Source: an uncultured Chloroflexia bacterium (lineage in GTDB: Bacteria; Chloroflexota; Limnocylindria; QHBO01). Taken from it: a stretch of DNA of 64,000 nt. This document shows, one piece after another, positions 1-9,582 of this stretch; the first letter of the stretch is position 1, and each line of letters begins with the position of its first letter. Location: positions 42,327 through 106,326 of the forward strand of contig CAWIXR010000001.1 in NCBI GenBank assembly GCA_963840145.1, given 5' to 3'. Below the pieces are notes generated by a model. It was not told the origin of the DNA. It worked only from the letters and a program-made list of their open reading frames with translations, and did no database searches. A program made the translations under genes and the position numbers.

Positions 1-1076
1 ATCGCCATGGCGATCGCCTGGCGCACGGCCAGATCGGCCAGCGGCGACTCCTCGCCACCGTAAACTTCGGCCACACCGCTCTCCGCGCCGGCTGCGTTCT
101 CACGCGCGACCGGGTTGAGACCGAGGTAGAGGCCGTTGAACGACAGTCGCTCGACGAGGGTGAAGCCCTCGCTCTCGACCGTCTCATAGTCGGCCGGGTT
201 GACCAGGTCGAAGCCCTGGATGCTGCCGCCCTGGAGCGCCTGGAGGCGCGCCGCCGGGTCGGCGATCGGCCGGATGATCAGCCGATCGAGGTAGGCCGGG
301 TCACCCCAGTACTCCTCGTTCCGGATCAGCTGAGCGCTGTCGTCCGGGATGTAGTCCTCGAGGATGAACGGGCCCGTGCCACCCTGCACGACGTCGGTGT
401 CGAGCGTGCTCGTCTCCGACGAGTCCGCACCAGTCGACTCGAGAATCGCCGGGCTGATCATGCTGAACGGCGTCAGCGTGATGCCGAAGAGGAACGTCGG
501 GCTCGGCTCGCGGAGCGTGATCGTCACGGTCAGCTCATCGGTCGCCTCGACGCTGGTGATCAGGTTCTCGGGACCGAAGCCGTCCATCAGCGCACCGTAG
601 TAGTAGGCGCTGGCCTGGTCGGTCTCGTCGAGGTTCTGCATGCGGTCGAAGTTGATCTTGACCGCCTCGGCGTTGAATGGGGTTCCGTCGTGGAACGTCA
701 CGCCACTGCGAAGCGTGAAGACGTATTCCGTATCGCCGGGCTCACCGGTCCAGCTCTCGGCGAGCACGCCCTCGAGCTCGTTGGTGCTGCCGGGGGCGAG
801 GTCGACGAGCGGCTCGTAGACCTGCTGAAGGACCCGGAACGACTCACCGTCGCTGGTGAGTGCCGGGTCTAGGCTGGCTGCCAGGCGGGCGCCGGCAAAG
901 ACCAGCGTTCCTCCGGCTGTCGGCTCGCCCGTGCCGCCGTCGGTGGGCTCAGCGGCCGACCCTGTCGGCTCCGGCTCTTCCGACTCCTCCGCCGTCGGAC
1001 TGGCGCCCTGCTCTCCGCAGGCCGCCAGAACGAGCGCGAGGATCGACAACAGGGAGACCAATCTCCATGTACGCAT
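1..1076 (-). CDS. ABC transporter substrate-binding protein, family 5 (peptide/nickel type), lipoprotein; partial, C-terminus lies before window start
   Basis: Reverse-strand translation from the ATG at complement(1074-1076) gives MRTWRLVSLLSILALVLAACGEQ… (lipobox LAAC) followed by family-5 SBP-like sequence (…GTLVFAGARLAASLDPALTSDGESFRVLQQVYEPLVDL…). Frame stays open to position 1, which is why the ORF track does not list it. Confidence 0.8.
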   Translation of the reverse strand, partial: MRTWRLVSLLSILALVLAACGEQGASPTAEESEEPEPTGSAAEPTDGGTGEPTAGGTLVFAGARLAASLDPALTSDGESFRVLQQVYEPLVDLAPGSTNELEGVLAESWTGEPGDTEYVFTLRSGVTFHDGTPFNAEAVKINFDRMQNLDETDQASAYYYGALMDGFGPENLITSVEATDELTVTITLREPSPTFLFGITLTPFSMISPAILESTGADSSETSTLDTDVVQGGTGPFILEDYIPDDSAQLIRNEEYWGDPAYLDRLIIRPIADPAARLQALQGGSIQGFDLVNPADYETVESEGFTLVERLSFNGLYLGLNPVARENAAGAESGVAEVYGGEESPLADLAVRQAIAMA

Positions 1077-1204
1077 CCATGCTCCTCCAAGTGAATGGTT
1101 GACTCGGACCACCGCTCCTCACGCTCTGTCCGGCTGTCGGCCGGTGATCCGGGAGCTGATCCTCCGCTCAAAACGGTGCGCTAGTCTCGCACACTCCGGG
1201 AATA

Positions 1205-1945
1205 TCAGGAAGGTCCGCCGGCTGGCGGGTTGGCCGGCGGCGCCGGCTCATCGTCGGATGTGTCGGTGGAGCTCGACCCGCTCGACGCCGAGATCGTGGC
1301 CGCATCGACCGGCACCAGGCGCACGACCGACGGGCCGTGATCGACATCGTCGCCGGGGTCCGGCGCGGTCTCCACGACCTCGGTGGCGGGGGCGGCCAGC
1401 GCGGGAAAGGCCGGCGGCAGCTGCTCGGACGGGGTCGGGAACCAGACCACCGTCGGCCGGTCCTCGCGGACGAGGCCCGTTCCGGCGGCCGGCGCTCGCC
1501 CTTCCCAATGGCGGAGGCCCGCGCCGCGGTCGGCCGGGGCACTCGCGGTGATGACGCCGATGTCCGATGCCTCCGGGGACTGAAGCGGGCCGATCGGCAC
1601 CATCTCCAGGTTCAGGGCCAGCACGAGCGCGAGGCTGGCTCCGGCCATCGCGCTCCCCGCGCGCAGGAGGCCGGCCAGCCTGGCCGGCCACTGACGCGTG
1701 ACGCTCGGCTCCGGCTGGCGCATCCGGGCCAGCACGCCCTCCCAGGCGCTCGGGCTCGGCGTGGCGTCGCCGATGCGCTCGGCGAGGGCGGTCCGCAGCT
1801 GGCGGACGAGCCCGCGGTCGAGCCCGACCTCGTCACGGCAGCGCTGGCAGCCTGACAGGTGCTCGAGGTGCGGGGCCGAGCCGGCGTCGAAGTCGCCGAA
1901 TCGGACGAGCCAGAGCAGCTCGCGACGGATGCGCCGGCAGCTCAT
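1205..1945 (-). CDS. anti-sigma factor, zinc-binding (ZAS-type) N-terminus, TM segment, Pro-rich C-terminus
   Basis: Track ORF; HxxxCxxC motif (HLEHLSGCQRC). Hydrophobic stretch AGSAMAGASLALVLAL. ATGA start/stop overlap with the upstream sigma gene. Confidence 0.75.
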   Translation of the reverse strand: MSCRRIRRELLWLVRFGDFDAGSAPHLEHLSGCQRCRDEVGLDRGLVRQLRTALAERIGDATPSPSAWEGVLARMRQPEPSVTRQWPARLAGLLRAGSAMAGASLALVLALNLEMVPIGPLQSPEASDIGVITASAPADRGAGLRHWEGRAPAAGTGLVREDRPTVVWFPTPSEQLPPAFPALAAPATEVVETAPDPGDDVDHGPSVVRLVPVDAATISASSGSSSTDTSDDEPAPPANPPAGGPS

Positions 1946-2625
1946 CGGCTGATCCTGCGCATCGCGGGAGCCGGCTGCCGCACGGCGGTGACGGGGATGC
2001 GGCGCTCGACGGGCAGGCTCGCGCGCAGCGCCTTCAGCGCGTAGTGGAGGCGCGACTTCATCGTGCCCACGTTGCAGTCGGCGATCTCGGCGGACTCGGC
2101 GAGGGAGTAGCCGTGGAGGTAGTAGAGGATGACCGCGGTCTGCTGCTTCGGCGGCAGCGCGTCGATCCCGCGCTGGAGCACCTCCAGCACCTCGCGGGAC
2201 TCGACGATCTGGTCCGGGGGTGTGGTGATGTCGACCACCAGGTTCGTGATCAGGCTGGTGAGCGGCTCCGAGATCGCCTTGCGGCGGCTGACGCGGCTGT
2301 AGCAGAGGTTGATCGTCACGCGCTGGAGCCAGGGGAGCGGCGATCGCGCCGGATCGAGCCGCTCGCGGACGCGGTACGCCTTCACGAAGCAGTCCTGGAG
2401 GACCTCCTCGGCGAGGAACGGGTCGCGCGTGATCGCGAGCGCCGTCGCGTAGACCGGGCGCTTGAACGTGTTGAAGAACTCTTCGAACGCGTCGACGTCG
2501 CCGCTCTGCATCCGCTCGACGAGGTCGTCGGGCTGTCGCTGTTCCACAGGCACCTGTGCGGATCGTCCGCTGTGGGGGTTGCTCATACTACGTCGCCCCG
2601 TCCGTTTACGTTCAACCGACGCCAT
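1942..2625 (-). CDS. ECF-family RNA polymerase sigma-70 factor
   Basis: Region 2 (DAFEEFFNTFKRPVYATALAITRD…) and region 4 HTH (QQTAVILYYLHGYSLAESAEIADCNVGTMKSRLHYALKAL). True start may be an internal Met (MSNPH… or MQSGD…). Confidence 0.85.
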   Translation of the reverse strand: MASVERKRTGRRSMSNPHSGRSAQVPVEQRQPDDLVERMQSGDVDAFEEFFNTFKRPVYATALAITRDPFLAEEVLQDCFVKAYRVRERLDPARSPLPWLQRVTINLCYSRVSRRKAISEPLTSLITNLVVDITTPPDQIVESREVLEVLQRGIDALPPKQQTAVILYYLHGYSLAESAEIADCNVGTMKSRLHYALKALRASLPVERRIPVTAVRQPAPAMRRISR

Positions 2626-2648
2626 CCATACGCCGCCGGTTGCGCCGC

Positions 2649-4313
2649 TCAGGCGGTCGGCGCCTCCGGGGTCGGGGCGGATGACGGGGCCGCGGGCGCA
2701 TCGGCCTCGTCGCCGAACCGATGACGCAGGTCCGGCCGCCGAGCCGCCGCGGCCTCGTCGAGACGGCCGACCGGCGTGGTGACCGGCGCGCGCCGGATCG
2801 CGTCGGGGTCAGACGCCGCGATCGACGCGATCTCGCGCATCACGCCGACGAAGTGGTCGAGCGTCTCGAGGGTCTCCGTCTCCGTCGGCTCGACCATCAG
2901 CGCCTCGTCGACGATCAGCGGGAAGTAGACCGTCGGCGGATGGATGCCGTGGTCGAGGATGGCCTTGGCGATGTCCAGCGTCGTGATGCCGTGCTCGCGC
3001 TTCTGGCGGCGCCCACTGAAGACGACCTCGTGCTTGGAGAGGCGGTCGTAGGGCAGGTCATACACATCGTGAAGGCGCACGCGCAGGTAGTTCGCGGCGA
3101 GCACGGCGTCCTCGCTGACCGTCCGCAGGCCCGCGGAGCCGTTCGAGCGGATGTACGTGTAGGCGCGCACGAACATCCCGAAGTTGCCGTAGCAGCTGCG
3201 CACCTTGCCGATGCTCCTCGGCCGGTCCCAGTCGAGTGCGAAGCGCGCGCCATCGGTCGAGCGCAGCGCTCGCGCGTTGGCCAGCACCTCGGCGGCGTCG
3301 CCGGAGGCGAGCACCGGCATCGGTGCGGGGAGGTATGGCTCCAGGCGCTCTCCGACGCCCACCGGGCCGGCCCCGGGTCCCCCGCCGCCATGTGGCGTCG
3401 AGAAGGTCTTGTGCAGGTTGAAATGCATGACGTCGAAGCCCGCCTCGCCGGGGCGGAAGCGGCCGAGGATGGCGTTGAGATTGGCGCCGTCCATGTAGGC
3501 GATCGCGCCGGCTTCGTGGACGGCGGCGAGGACCTGGTCGATCTGATCCTCGAAGATTCCGAGCGTCGACGGATTCGTGATCATCAGCGCCGCCACGTCG
3601 GGCCCCAGCGCCTCGCGCAACGACCCGAGGTCGATCCCGCCGCGCTCGTTCGAGCGGATCGTGACCGTCTGGTAGCCGACCATCGTGGCCGTCGCGGGGT
3701 TCGTGCCGTGCGCGGAGTCCGGCACGAGCACCTTCGTCCGCTGCTCGGCCTCGCCGCGGTCGCGGTGGTAGGCGCGGGTCATCAGCATCCCGGTCAGCTC
3801 GCCGTGGGCGCCGGCCGCGGGCTGCAGGGAGACCGCTTCGAAGCCGCTGATCTCCTTCAGCAGCTCGGCGAGCAGCCACATCAGCTCCAGCGAGCCCTGG
3901 CTGAGCGCCTCCGGGTCCAGCGGATGCGAGTCGGCCAGCCCGGGAAGGCGCGCCGCCCACTCGTTGACCTTCGGGTTGTACTTCATCGTGCACGACCCGA
4001 GCGGATAGAAGTTCAGGTCGATCGCCTGGTTGAGGTGCGCGAGTCGGTTGTAGTGCCGCAGCAGCTCGAGCTCGCTCACCTCCGGGAGCCGCGGCGCATC
4101 CTTCCGAAGGACCGATGCCGGCAGCTGCGGCTGCCGGGAGGCGCGCTCGCGCGCGACGTCCGACGGTTGCGGGAAACGCACCGCCCGCCGCTCCGGACGA
4201 GATCGCTCGAAGATCAGCGGCTCGACGACCGTCAGCTCCTCGCCGGCGGTCGCGCCGGAGAAGGCGGCGCCGCGGCCGGAGGCATCGGCACGGGGCGGAT
4301 CGGCGACGCTCAC
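2649..4313 (-). CDS. gcvPB: glycine dehydrogenase (decarboxylating) subunit 2
   Basis: Full-length P-protein C-terminal subunit signature (…MHFNLHKTFSTPHGGGGPGAGPVGV…). 4-nt overlap with gcvPA. Confidence 0.92.
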   Translation of the reverse strand: MSVADPPRADASGRGAAFSGATAGEELTVVEPLIFERSRPERRAVRFPQPSDVARERASRQPQLPASVLRKDAPRLPEVSELELLRHYNRLAHLNQAIDLNFYPLGSCTMKYNPKVNEWAARLPGLADSHPLDPEALSQGSLELMWLLAELLKEISGFEAVSLQPAAGAHGELTGMLMTRAYHRDRGEAEQRTKVLVPDSAHGTNPATATMVGYQTVTIRSNERGGIDLGSLREALGPDVAALMITNPSTLGIFEDQIDQVLAAVHEAGAIAYMDGANLNAILGRFRPGEAGFDVMHFNLHKTFSTPHGGGGPGAGPVGVGERLEPYLPAPMPVLASGDAAEVLANARALRSTDGARFALDWDRPRSIGKVRSCYGNFGMFVRAYTYIRSNGSAGLRTVSEDAVLAANYLRVRLHDVYDLPYDRLSKHEVVFSGRRQKREHGITTLDIAKAILDHGIHPPTVYFPLIVDEALMVEPTETETLETLDHFVGVMREIASIAASDPDAIRRAPVTTPVGRLDEAAAARRPDLRHRFGDEADAPAAPSSAPTPEAPTA

Positions 4314-5653
4314 CTGGTCGCCTCCAGCGCCGATACCAGGCTGGCGATGTCGTCATCGGTGGTCAGCTCGGTCGTCGCAAGCAGCAGCGTGTCGCGCAGC
4401 GCCGGCTCGTCGCGTTCGGGGAGGTAGCCGGCGACGATCCCGCGCTCGGCGAGCACGGCGTGGCGACCGGCGGCATCGGGCACGCGCACGGTGACCTCCG
4501 CGAAGTAGGGACCGTCGAAGCGCGGCTCCCCCACGCCGGCATCGGTCAGGGCGCTCACGAGGTGACGGGCCTGGATCGTCGACAGCTCAGCGACCTCGCG
4601 CAGGCCCTGCGGACCGACCGCCGCGAGGTAGGCCGTTGCGGCGAGCGCCATCAACGCCTGGTTCGTGCAGATGTTGGATGCCGCCTTCTCGCGGCGGATG
4701 TGCTGCTCGCGGGCCTGGAGCGTGAGCACGTAGCCCTTGCGGCCGGCGGTGTCGCGGGTCGCGCCGACCAGGCGGCCGGGCATCTGCCGCACCGATGCCA
4801 TCCGCGCCGCCATCAGCCCGACGTACGGCCCGCCGAAGCTGGCCGGGATGCCGAGCGGCTGGCCCTCGGCGGCAACGAGGTCGGCGCCGTACGCCCCGGG
4901 CGGCTCCAGCAGCCCGAGGGAGGTCGGCTCGACGACCGCCACGAGCTGGGCGCCGGCGGCGTGTGCGGCGTCGGCAAGCTCGCGCATCGGCTCGAGCTGG
5001 CCGTAGAAGTTCGGCTGCGCGGCGACGAGGCACGCGACGTCGTCGCCGAGCGCCTCCGCGGCGGCCTCCGGCGTCGTCGTGCCGGTGCCGCCCTCGGCGA
5101 GGTCGATCGGGACGGTCACGACCTCGATCCCCGGCCCGGAGCAGTACGTCTCGAGCACGCGGCGGTAGTCGGGGTTGACGCCCGCCGACACGGCGATCCG
5201 CGAGCGACGGGTAAGCCGGCAGGCCATCAGCGCGGCCTCGGCGGTCGCGGTGGCACCGTCGTAATGCGAGGCGGTCGCGACCTCCATGCCGGTCAGCTCG
5301 CAGATCAGCGACTGGAACTCGTAGATGCTCTGGAGCGTGCCCTGCGACACCTCGGGCTGGTACGGCGTGTACGCCGTCGCGAACTCCGGGCGGCCGATGA
5401 CCTCGCCGACAACCGACGGGATCAGGTGACGGTAGACGCCCGCACCGAGGAAGCTGACCTCGGGAATCCGGTTGCGCCCCGCCAGCCGGGCCAGCTCGGC
5501 ACGCACCTCCTGCTCGGCGAGCGGCGGCGGCACGTCCCAGGCGCTCGCGCGCACGGAGGCCGGGATGTCGGCGAAGAGGTCCTCGACCGATCCGACGCCG
5601 ATCGCGCCGAGCATCTGCGCCCGGTCGGCATCGGTATGTGGCGAATAGGACAT
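4310..5653 (-). CDS. gcvPA: glycine dehydrogenase (decarboxylating) subunit 1
   Basis: N-terminal P-protein subunit (…AYTPYQPEVSQGTLQSIYEFQSLICELTGMEVA…). Confidence 0.92.
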   Translation of the reverse strand: MSYSPHTDADRAQMLGAIGVGSVEDLFADIPASVRASAWDVPPPLAEQEVRAELARLAGRNRIPEVSFLGAGVYRHLIPSVVGEVIGRPEFATAYTPYQPEVSQGTLQSIYEFQSLICELTGMEVATASHYDGATATAEAALMACRLTRRSRIAVSAGVNPDYRRVLETYCSGPGIEVVTVPIDLAEGGTGTTTPEAAAEALGDDVACLVAAQPNFYGQLEPMRELADAAHAAGAQLVAVVEPTSLGLLEPPGAYGADLVAAEGQPLGIPASFGGPYVGLMAARMASVRQMPGRLVGATRDTAGRKGYVLTLQAREQHIRREKAASNICTNQALMALAATAYLAAVGPQGLREVAELSTIQARHLVSALTDAGVGEPRFDGPYFAEVTVRVPDAAGRHAVLAERGIVAGYLPERDEPALRDTLLLATTELTTDDDIASLVSALEATR

Positions 5654-5666
5654 GGGAAGGCCGCCG

Positions 5667-6044
5667 TCAGGCGGTCTCGGCAGCGTAGCCGTCCGCGTCG
5701 AGCAGGACGTCGAGCTCGGACGTGTCCGTGAGCTCGACCTTCGCGATCCAGCCCTCGCCGAACGGGTCGGAGTTCATCAGCTCGGGGCTCTCGCGCAGCG
5801 CCTCGTTGATCTCGACCACCTCGCCGGAGATCGGCGCGTACAGGTCGCTGACGGCCTTCACGCTCTCGACGACGCCGAAGGTGGCGAACTGGCTGAGCGT
5901 GGCGCCGATCTCAGGCAGCTCGACGAAGACGATGTCGCCAAGCTCATCGGCCGCGAAGCTGGTGATGCCGATGGTCGCGCGCGAGCCCTCCTGGCGAACC
6001 CACTCGTGCTCCTTGGAGTAGGCAAGGTCGTCGGGGTAGGCCAT
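5667..6044 (-). CDS. gcvH: glycine cleavage system H protein
   Basis: 125-aa H-protein with lipoyl-lysine region (…VESVKAVSDLYAPISGEVVEIN…). Confidence 0.92.
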   Translation of the reverse strand: MAYPDDLAYSKEHEWVRQEGSRATIGITSFAADELGDIVFVELPEIGATLSQFATFGVVESVKAVSDLYAPISGEVVEINEALRESPELMNSDPFGEGWIAKVELTDTSELDVLLDADGYAAETA

Positions 6045-6080
6045 GCGCTTCGCTCGATCCTCCTGGGGCGTTTCGCCGGG

Positions 6081-7199
6081 TCAGTCGCGGGGGCGGCGAT
6101 AGAAGGGCAACTTTACCTGCTCGGCCCGGTAGGGGCGGTCGCGGACGACGACCTCGAATGCGTTGCCGATGCCGGCCATGTCCGCCTCGACGCGGGCCAT
6201 CGCAATCTTCGTACCCAGCGTCGGCGACAGCGTCCCGCTCGTCACGCGCCCGACCGACCGGCCATCGGCGTGGACCTCGTAGCCGGTTCGCGGAATCGCG
6301 TTGTCGACCATCTGGAGGCCGATGAGCTTGCGTGCCGGACCGCTCGCCTTCACCGCCTCGAGCGCAGCGCGACCGACAAAGTCGCCCTCCTTCTCGAGCT
6401 TCACGACCCGCCCGAGGGCGGCTTCGTACGGGTTCGTATCGAGGTCGAGCTCGTTGCCGTACAGCGGCATGCCCGCCTCGAGGCGCAGCGTGTCGCGCGA
6501 GCCGAGCCCGCACGGGCGCAGCCCCGTCAATTCGCCGGCCGTGGCGACCGCCTCCCACACCTCGCGTGCGCGATCGGCATCGCAGAACAGCTCGAATCCG
6601 TCTTCGCCGGTGTAGCCGGTGCGGGCAACCGTGCACGGCACCCCGGCGACCGAACCCTCCGCGGCGTGATAGTTCTCGAGGGTGTCGAGGTCGACATCGG
6701 TCAGGCCCGACAGGACCGATGCCGCCGCAGGTCCCTGCGGCGCGACCAGACCGACGTCGTCGCTGCGGTCCTCGACCACGACGTCGCGCTGCTCCAGCCC
6801 GCCGAGGTGCGCGACCACCCCGTCGCGGTTCGAGGCGTTGCAGACGACCATGAACCGATCCGCGCCGAGCCGGTAGAGGATCAGGTCGTCGATGATCCCG
6901 CCGTCAGGCTGGCAGAGCATCGAGTACTGCGCCTGGCCCTCGGAGAGCGTCGACGGGTCGCTGACGACCGCGTGCGAGAGGAAGTCCAGCGCGCCGCTAC
7001 CGCGCACCTCGATCTCGCCCATGTGCGACAGGTCGAAGAGGCCGACGGCAGAGCGAACGGTGCGGTGCTCGTCGATGATCGAGGCGTACTGGACCGGCAT
7101 CTCGTAGCCGGCGAACGGGACCATCCGCGCGCCCAGCTCCGCGTGGACGGCGTGGAGCGGAGTCCGGCGCAGCGGCGTCTCGGCCGGTGCGCCCGTCAC
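6081..7199 (-). CDS. gcvT: aminomethyltransferase (glycine cleavage T protein)
   Basis: 372 aa with T-protein motifs (…[14 protein letters not shown]…, …[11 protein letters not shown]…). GTG start overlaps the NUDIX stop. Confidence 0.92.
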   Translation of the reverse strand: MTGAPAETPLRRTPLHAVHAELGARMVPFAGYEMPVQYASIIDEHRTVRSAVGLFDLSHMGEIEVRGSGALDFLSHAVVSDPSTLSEGQAQYSMLCQPDGGIIDDLILYRLGADRFMVVCNASNRDGVVAHLGGLEQRDVVVEDRSDDVGLVAPQGPAAASVLSGLTDVDLDTLENYHAAEGSVAGVPCTVARTGYTGEDGFELFCDADRAREVWEAVATAGELTGLRPCGLGSRDTLRLEAGMPLYGNELDLDTNPYEAALGRVVKLEKEGDFVGRAALEAVKASGPARKLIGLQMVDNAIPRTGYEVHADGRSVGRVTSGTLSPTLGTKIAMARVEADMAGIGNAFEVVVRDRPYRAEQVKLPFYRRPRD

Positions 7200-7663
7200 G
7201 CGCGAGCCCCGGCGGTTACGGCATCCGGCCCGGGTCCGACGCCGAGCGCCACGGCGGCCTCCTCGACCACGGATCGCTCGGTGGCGTGGGTGAGCAGGGC
7301 CAGCGCCTCATGCAGGTCGACCCAGCGGACCTCGTCGAACTCGGCGTCGTGGTCCTCCGGGCTGCCGCCGACGGCCCGCATCAGATAGAAGTGGACGCTC
7401 TTGTTGAAGCGGGTCGTGCCGCGCACGAAGAAGTAGCGGATCGATCTCAGGCGGCTCTCGACCTCGACCTCGAGCCCGGTCTCCTCGCGCGTCTCGCGGA
7501 CGGCGGTCTCCTCGATCGTCTCGCCGGCATCGGGCGTGCCCTTCGGCAGCGCCCACAGCGGCGGGCTGCGCCGATGGGCGAGGGCGACCTGGATGCGCCC
7601 GTCGAGCTCGCGGTAGACGACGCCGCCTGCCGACGTGGCGCGCGCGGTTCGCAGGATCGGCAC
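7196..7663 (-). CDS. NUDIX hydrolase
   Basis: Nudix box [23 protein letters not shown] (GX5EX7REUXEEXGU pattern). Overlaps the gcvT start, so it is co-transcribed with gcv. Start is probably the GTG at about 7660-7663. Confidence 0.8.
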   Translation of the reverse strand: MPILRTARATSAGGVVYRELDGRIQVALAHRRSPPLWALPKGTPDAGETIEETAVRETREETGLEVEVESRLRSIRYFFVRGTTRFNKSVHFYLMRAVGGSPEDHDAEFDEVRWVDLHEALALLTHATERSVVEEAAVALGVGPGPDAVTAGARA

Positions 7664-7998
7664 CCCGGGCCGCTACGCGCGGCGGGAGCGCGGCAACCCG
7701 AACGGCAGCGCGGGGCGACGGGCGGGCATGCGGGCGGCCCGGCCGACGGCGGGGAACCGGAAGCGGCTGGTCTCGGAGCGCAGCGCGTTGACGCTCACCA
7801 TCATCGGCCGCGGGCGACGCGGACGGTGGAAGACCGTCCGCGATCGGGCAAGTCCAAGCATCGACCGGTGCGCCGAACGACGGCTCGAACCGAAGTCGAT
7901 GGATGGATGGGAGACGAAGCGGGCCACCAGACTCACTCGCATGGGCGGCATTGTACGCCCGGTCGATGGGGGCGCAAGCAAATCCGCCGAAACCCTCG
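7664..7998 (-). promoter_or_regulatory. Long (~335 nt) structured non-coding leader/promoter region of the NUDIX-gcv operon. Candidate -35 TTGCGC / 16-nt spacer / -10 TACAAT (the -10 at complement 7949-7954).
   Basis: Every frame translates to Arg/Pro/Ser-rich junk. Hairpins are visible, e.g. GGACGGUCUUCCACCGUCC. No glycine-riboswitch core motifs (GGAGAG / CCGAAGG) found by eye. Confidence 0.3.
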
Positions 7999-9195
7999 TC
8001 AGCGCGCCATCGTGGCGCGGTAGATCCCCTCCATCTCGGCGACCCGAGTCGGCAGCGCGAAGCGATCGGCGTCGTCCCTCGCCCGCGCGGCCATGGCCGC
8101 CCGCTCCGCGGTGTCGGCGACCAGCGCCGCCAGCGCCTCGCCCAGACGCGCCGCGCGGGTCGTTGCCGGCTCGGCGGGGACGATCCGGCCGTCGACCCCG
8201 TCGCGCACCGAGTCGGCGACGCCTGGGCCGGCGACCGCCACGGCCGGCAGCCCCGCCGACAGCGCCTCAGCCAGGACGAGGCCCTGGGTCTCCGTCCGTG
8301 ACGCGAAGGCAAAGAGGTCCGATGCGCGGAGCCTCGCGAGGGCCTCGAGCCGCGGCAGAGCCCCGGTCAGGTGGACCCGGCCGCCGAAGTCCGCCGTGCG
8401 GCGCCGCAGCTGCTCCTCGGACGGGCCTCCACCGATGACGAGCAGCCGGGCCATCGGCTCTCGCCCGAAGACCGCCGCCGCCGCGTCGATGATGACCTCG
8501 ACGCTCTTCTCCGGCGCCAGCCTGCCCAGGGTGGCGATCACGATCGCATCGGCCGGCCAGCCGGCATCCGGCCGCGGGTCGACGGGTGCCAGTGCTCGGA
8601 TTCCGTCGACGTCGATCCCGGTCGGCACGACGTGCACCCGTTCCCGGCGGTCGGGTGCCAGGCGCCCGCGGATCTCTTCAGCCAGGTCGGCGGACGGCGC
8701 GACGATGGCCGCACAGCGGGCCCAGAAGCGCCGCAGGTAGGCATCGGTCAGTGCCGAGCCCGGCCCGGCCAGCGGACCGAGGTAGTGACCGTAGTCCGCG
8801 AAGCGGGTGTGGTGCGTGAAGACGAGGGGCGCGCCGGACGCCCGCGCCAGGTTCCGCGCGAGCAGCCCGGTGACGAACGGCGAGTGCGCGTGGACGACGT
8901 CAGGCTGCCATCGCGTCGCGTCGCGGAGCGCGCCGGCCCACGGGTTCGGCGATGGCATCCGGTACGCCGGCGGGACCAGTCGGGGCAGCTGGTACGAGGC
9001 GAGCCAGGCGATCTCGGGCTCCGGGCCCGGCGAGCCGACCGGCCGCGGCGAGTCGCCCGGCGCCGGCCGCGGGGCGAGAACCAGCACGTCGTGCCCGCGC
9101 GCGCCGAGGCCGCGGGCGAGCGCGTCGACCGAGACGGTCACGCCCGACACGTACGGGAGGTACGACTCGGTCGTCAACGCGACGCGCATCGGCAC
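7999..9195 (-). CDS. glycosyltransferase family 4 (GT-B fold; MshA/PimA-like)
   Basis: 398 aa with typical GT4 N- and C-terminal halves (…HAHSPFVTGLLA…, …FAFASRTETQGLVLAEALSAGLPAVAV…). Confidence 0.85.
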   Translation of the reverse strand: MPMRVALTTESYLPYVSGVTVSVDALARGLGARGHDVLVLAPRPAPGDSPRPVGSPGPEPEIAWLASYQLPRLVPPAYRMPSPNPWAGALRDATRWQPDVVHAHSPFVTGLLARNLARASGAPLVFTHHTRFADYGHYLGPLAGPGSALTDAYLRRFWARCAAIVAPSADLAEEIRGRLAPDRRERVHVVPTGIDVDGIRALAPVDPRPDAGWPADAIVIATLGRLAPEKSVEVIIDAAAAVFGREPMARLLVIGGGPSEEQLRRRTADFGGRVHLTGALPRLEALARLRASDLFAFASRTETQGLVLAEALSAGLPAVAVAGPGVADSVRDGVDGRIVPAEPATTRAARLGEALAALVADTAERAAMAARARDDADRFALPTRVAEMEGIYRATMAR

Positions 9196-9209
9196 AAGAG
9201 GGCGGGGAA

Positions 9210-9286
9210 TGGTGGGCGATACTGGATTCGAACCAGTGACCTCACGGATGTGAACCGTGCACTCTAACCAGCTGAGCTAATCGCCC
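9210..9286 (-). tRNA. tRNA-Val (anticodon CAC)
   Basis: Reverse complement folds as a cloverleaf: GGGCGAUUAGCUCAGCUGGUUAGAGUGCACGGUUCACAUCCGUGAGGUCACUGGUUCGAAUCCAGUAUCGCCCACCA. Anticodon loop UUCACAU; CCA is encoded. Confidence 0.9.
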
Positions 9287-9312
9287 ATTGGGGAGGCCGA
9301 GTATAGCCGCCC

Positions 9313-9561
9313 TCAGATCGGCGCGACGACCCGGACGATGGCGCTGATCAGCAGCATCGCGACGAGCGGCGCCCAGTCGATCCCGCTCGTCGGGGGCAGC
9401 ACGCGGCGGATCGGCGCCAGGATCGGCTCGGTGGCCTGGTAGATGAACGCGGTCAGCCCGCCGCCGCCCCGCGGGTTCGTCCAGCTCAGCAGGACGCGCG
9501 CGATGATGAGCAGCCAGAGGGCAATCGCCAGCAGCCAAACGAAGTTGGTGAGCACTGCCAT
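9313..9561 (-). CDS. YggT family membrane protein
   Basis: 82 aa, two hydrophobic helices. Sits in the dcw-distal position next to yggS. Confidence 0.8.
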   Translation of the reverse strand: MAVLTNFVWLLAIALWLLIIARVLLSWTNPRGGGGLTAFIYQATEPILAPIRRVLPPTSGIDWAPLVAMLLISAIVRVVAPI

Positions 9562-9582
9562 GAGTGCTGAGAATAGCAGCGA

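Noticed and set aside
2721-7388. Long antisense ORFs opposite gcvPB/gcvPA/gcvT (2721-4427+, 4115-5731+, 5652-7388+). There are many similar ones across the window, e.g. 10415-11785+, 15325-16812+, 30000-31832+, 50856-53453-, 57915-60689- and 60993-63215-.
   Set aside because: Each lies antisense to a gene with unambiguous conserved-protein signatures. Their products are Arg/Gly/Pro/Asp-rich nonsense. These are open frames created by the high-GC codon bias of the sense gene.
7673-7981. 102-aa minus-strand ORF filling the gcv leader (also the 7635-8438 plus ORF).
   Set aside because: The translation is Arg/Pro/Ser-rich low-complexity, typical of out-of-context high-GC DNA, with no SD and no homology-like motifs. 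Treated as non-coding.
7664-7998. Expected a glycine riboswitch (tandem aptamers) in the long leader upstream of the NUDIX-gcvT operon, and looked for it on both strands.
   Set aside because: None of the invariant cores (GGAGAG, CCGAAGGRGCAA, CUCUCAGG) are present on either strand. The region is kept only as a structured leader / candidate promoter.
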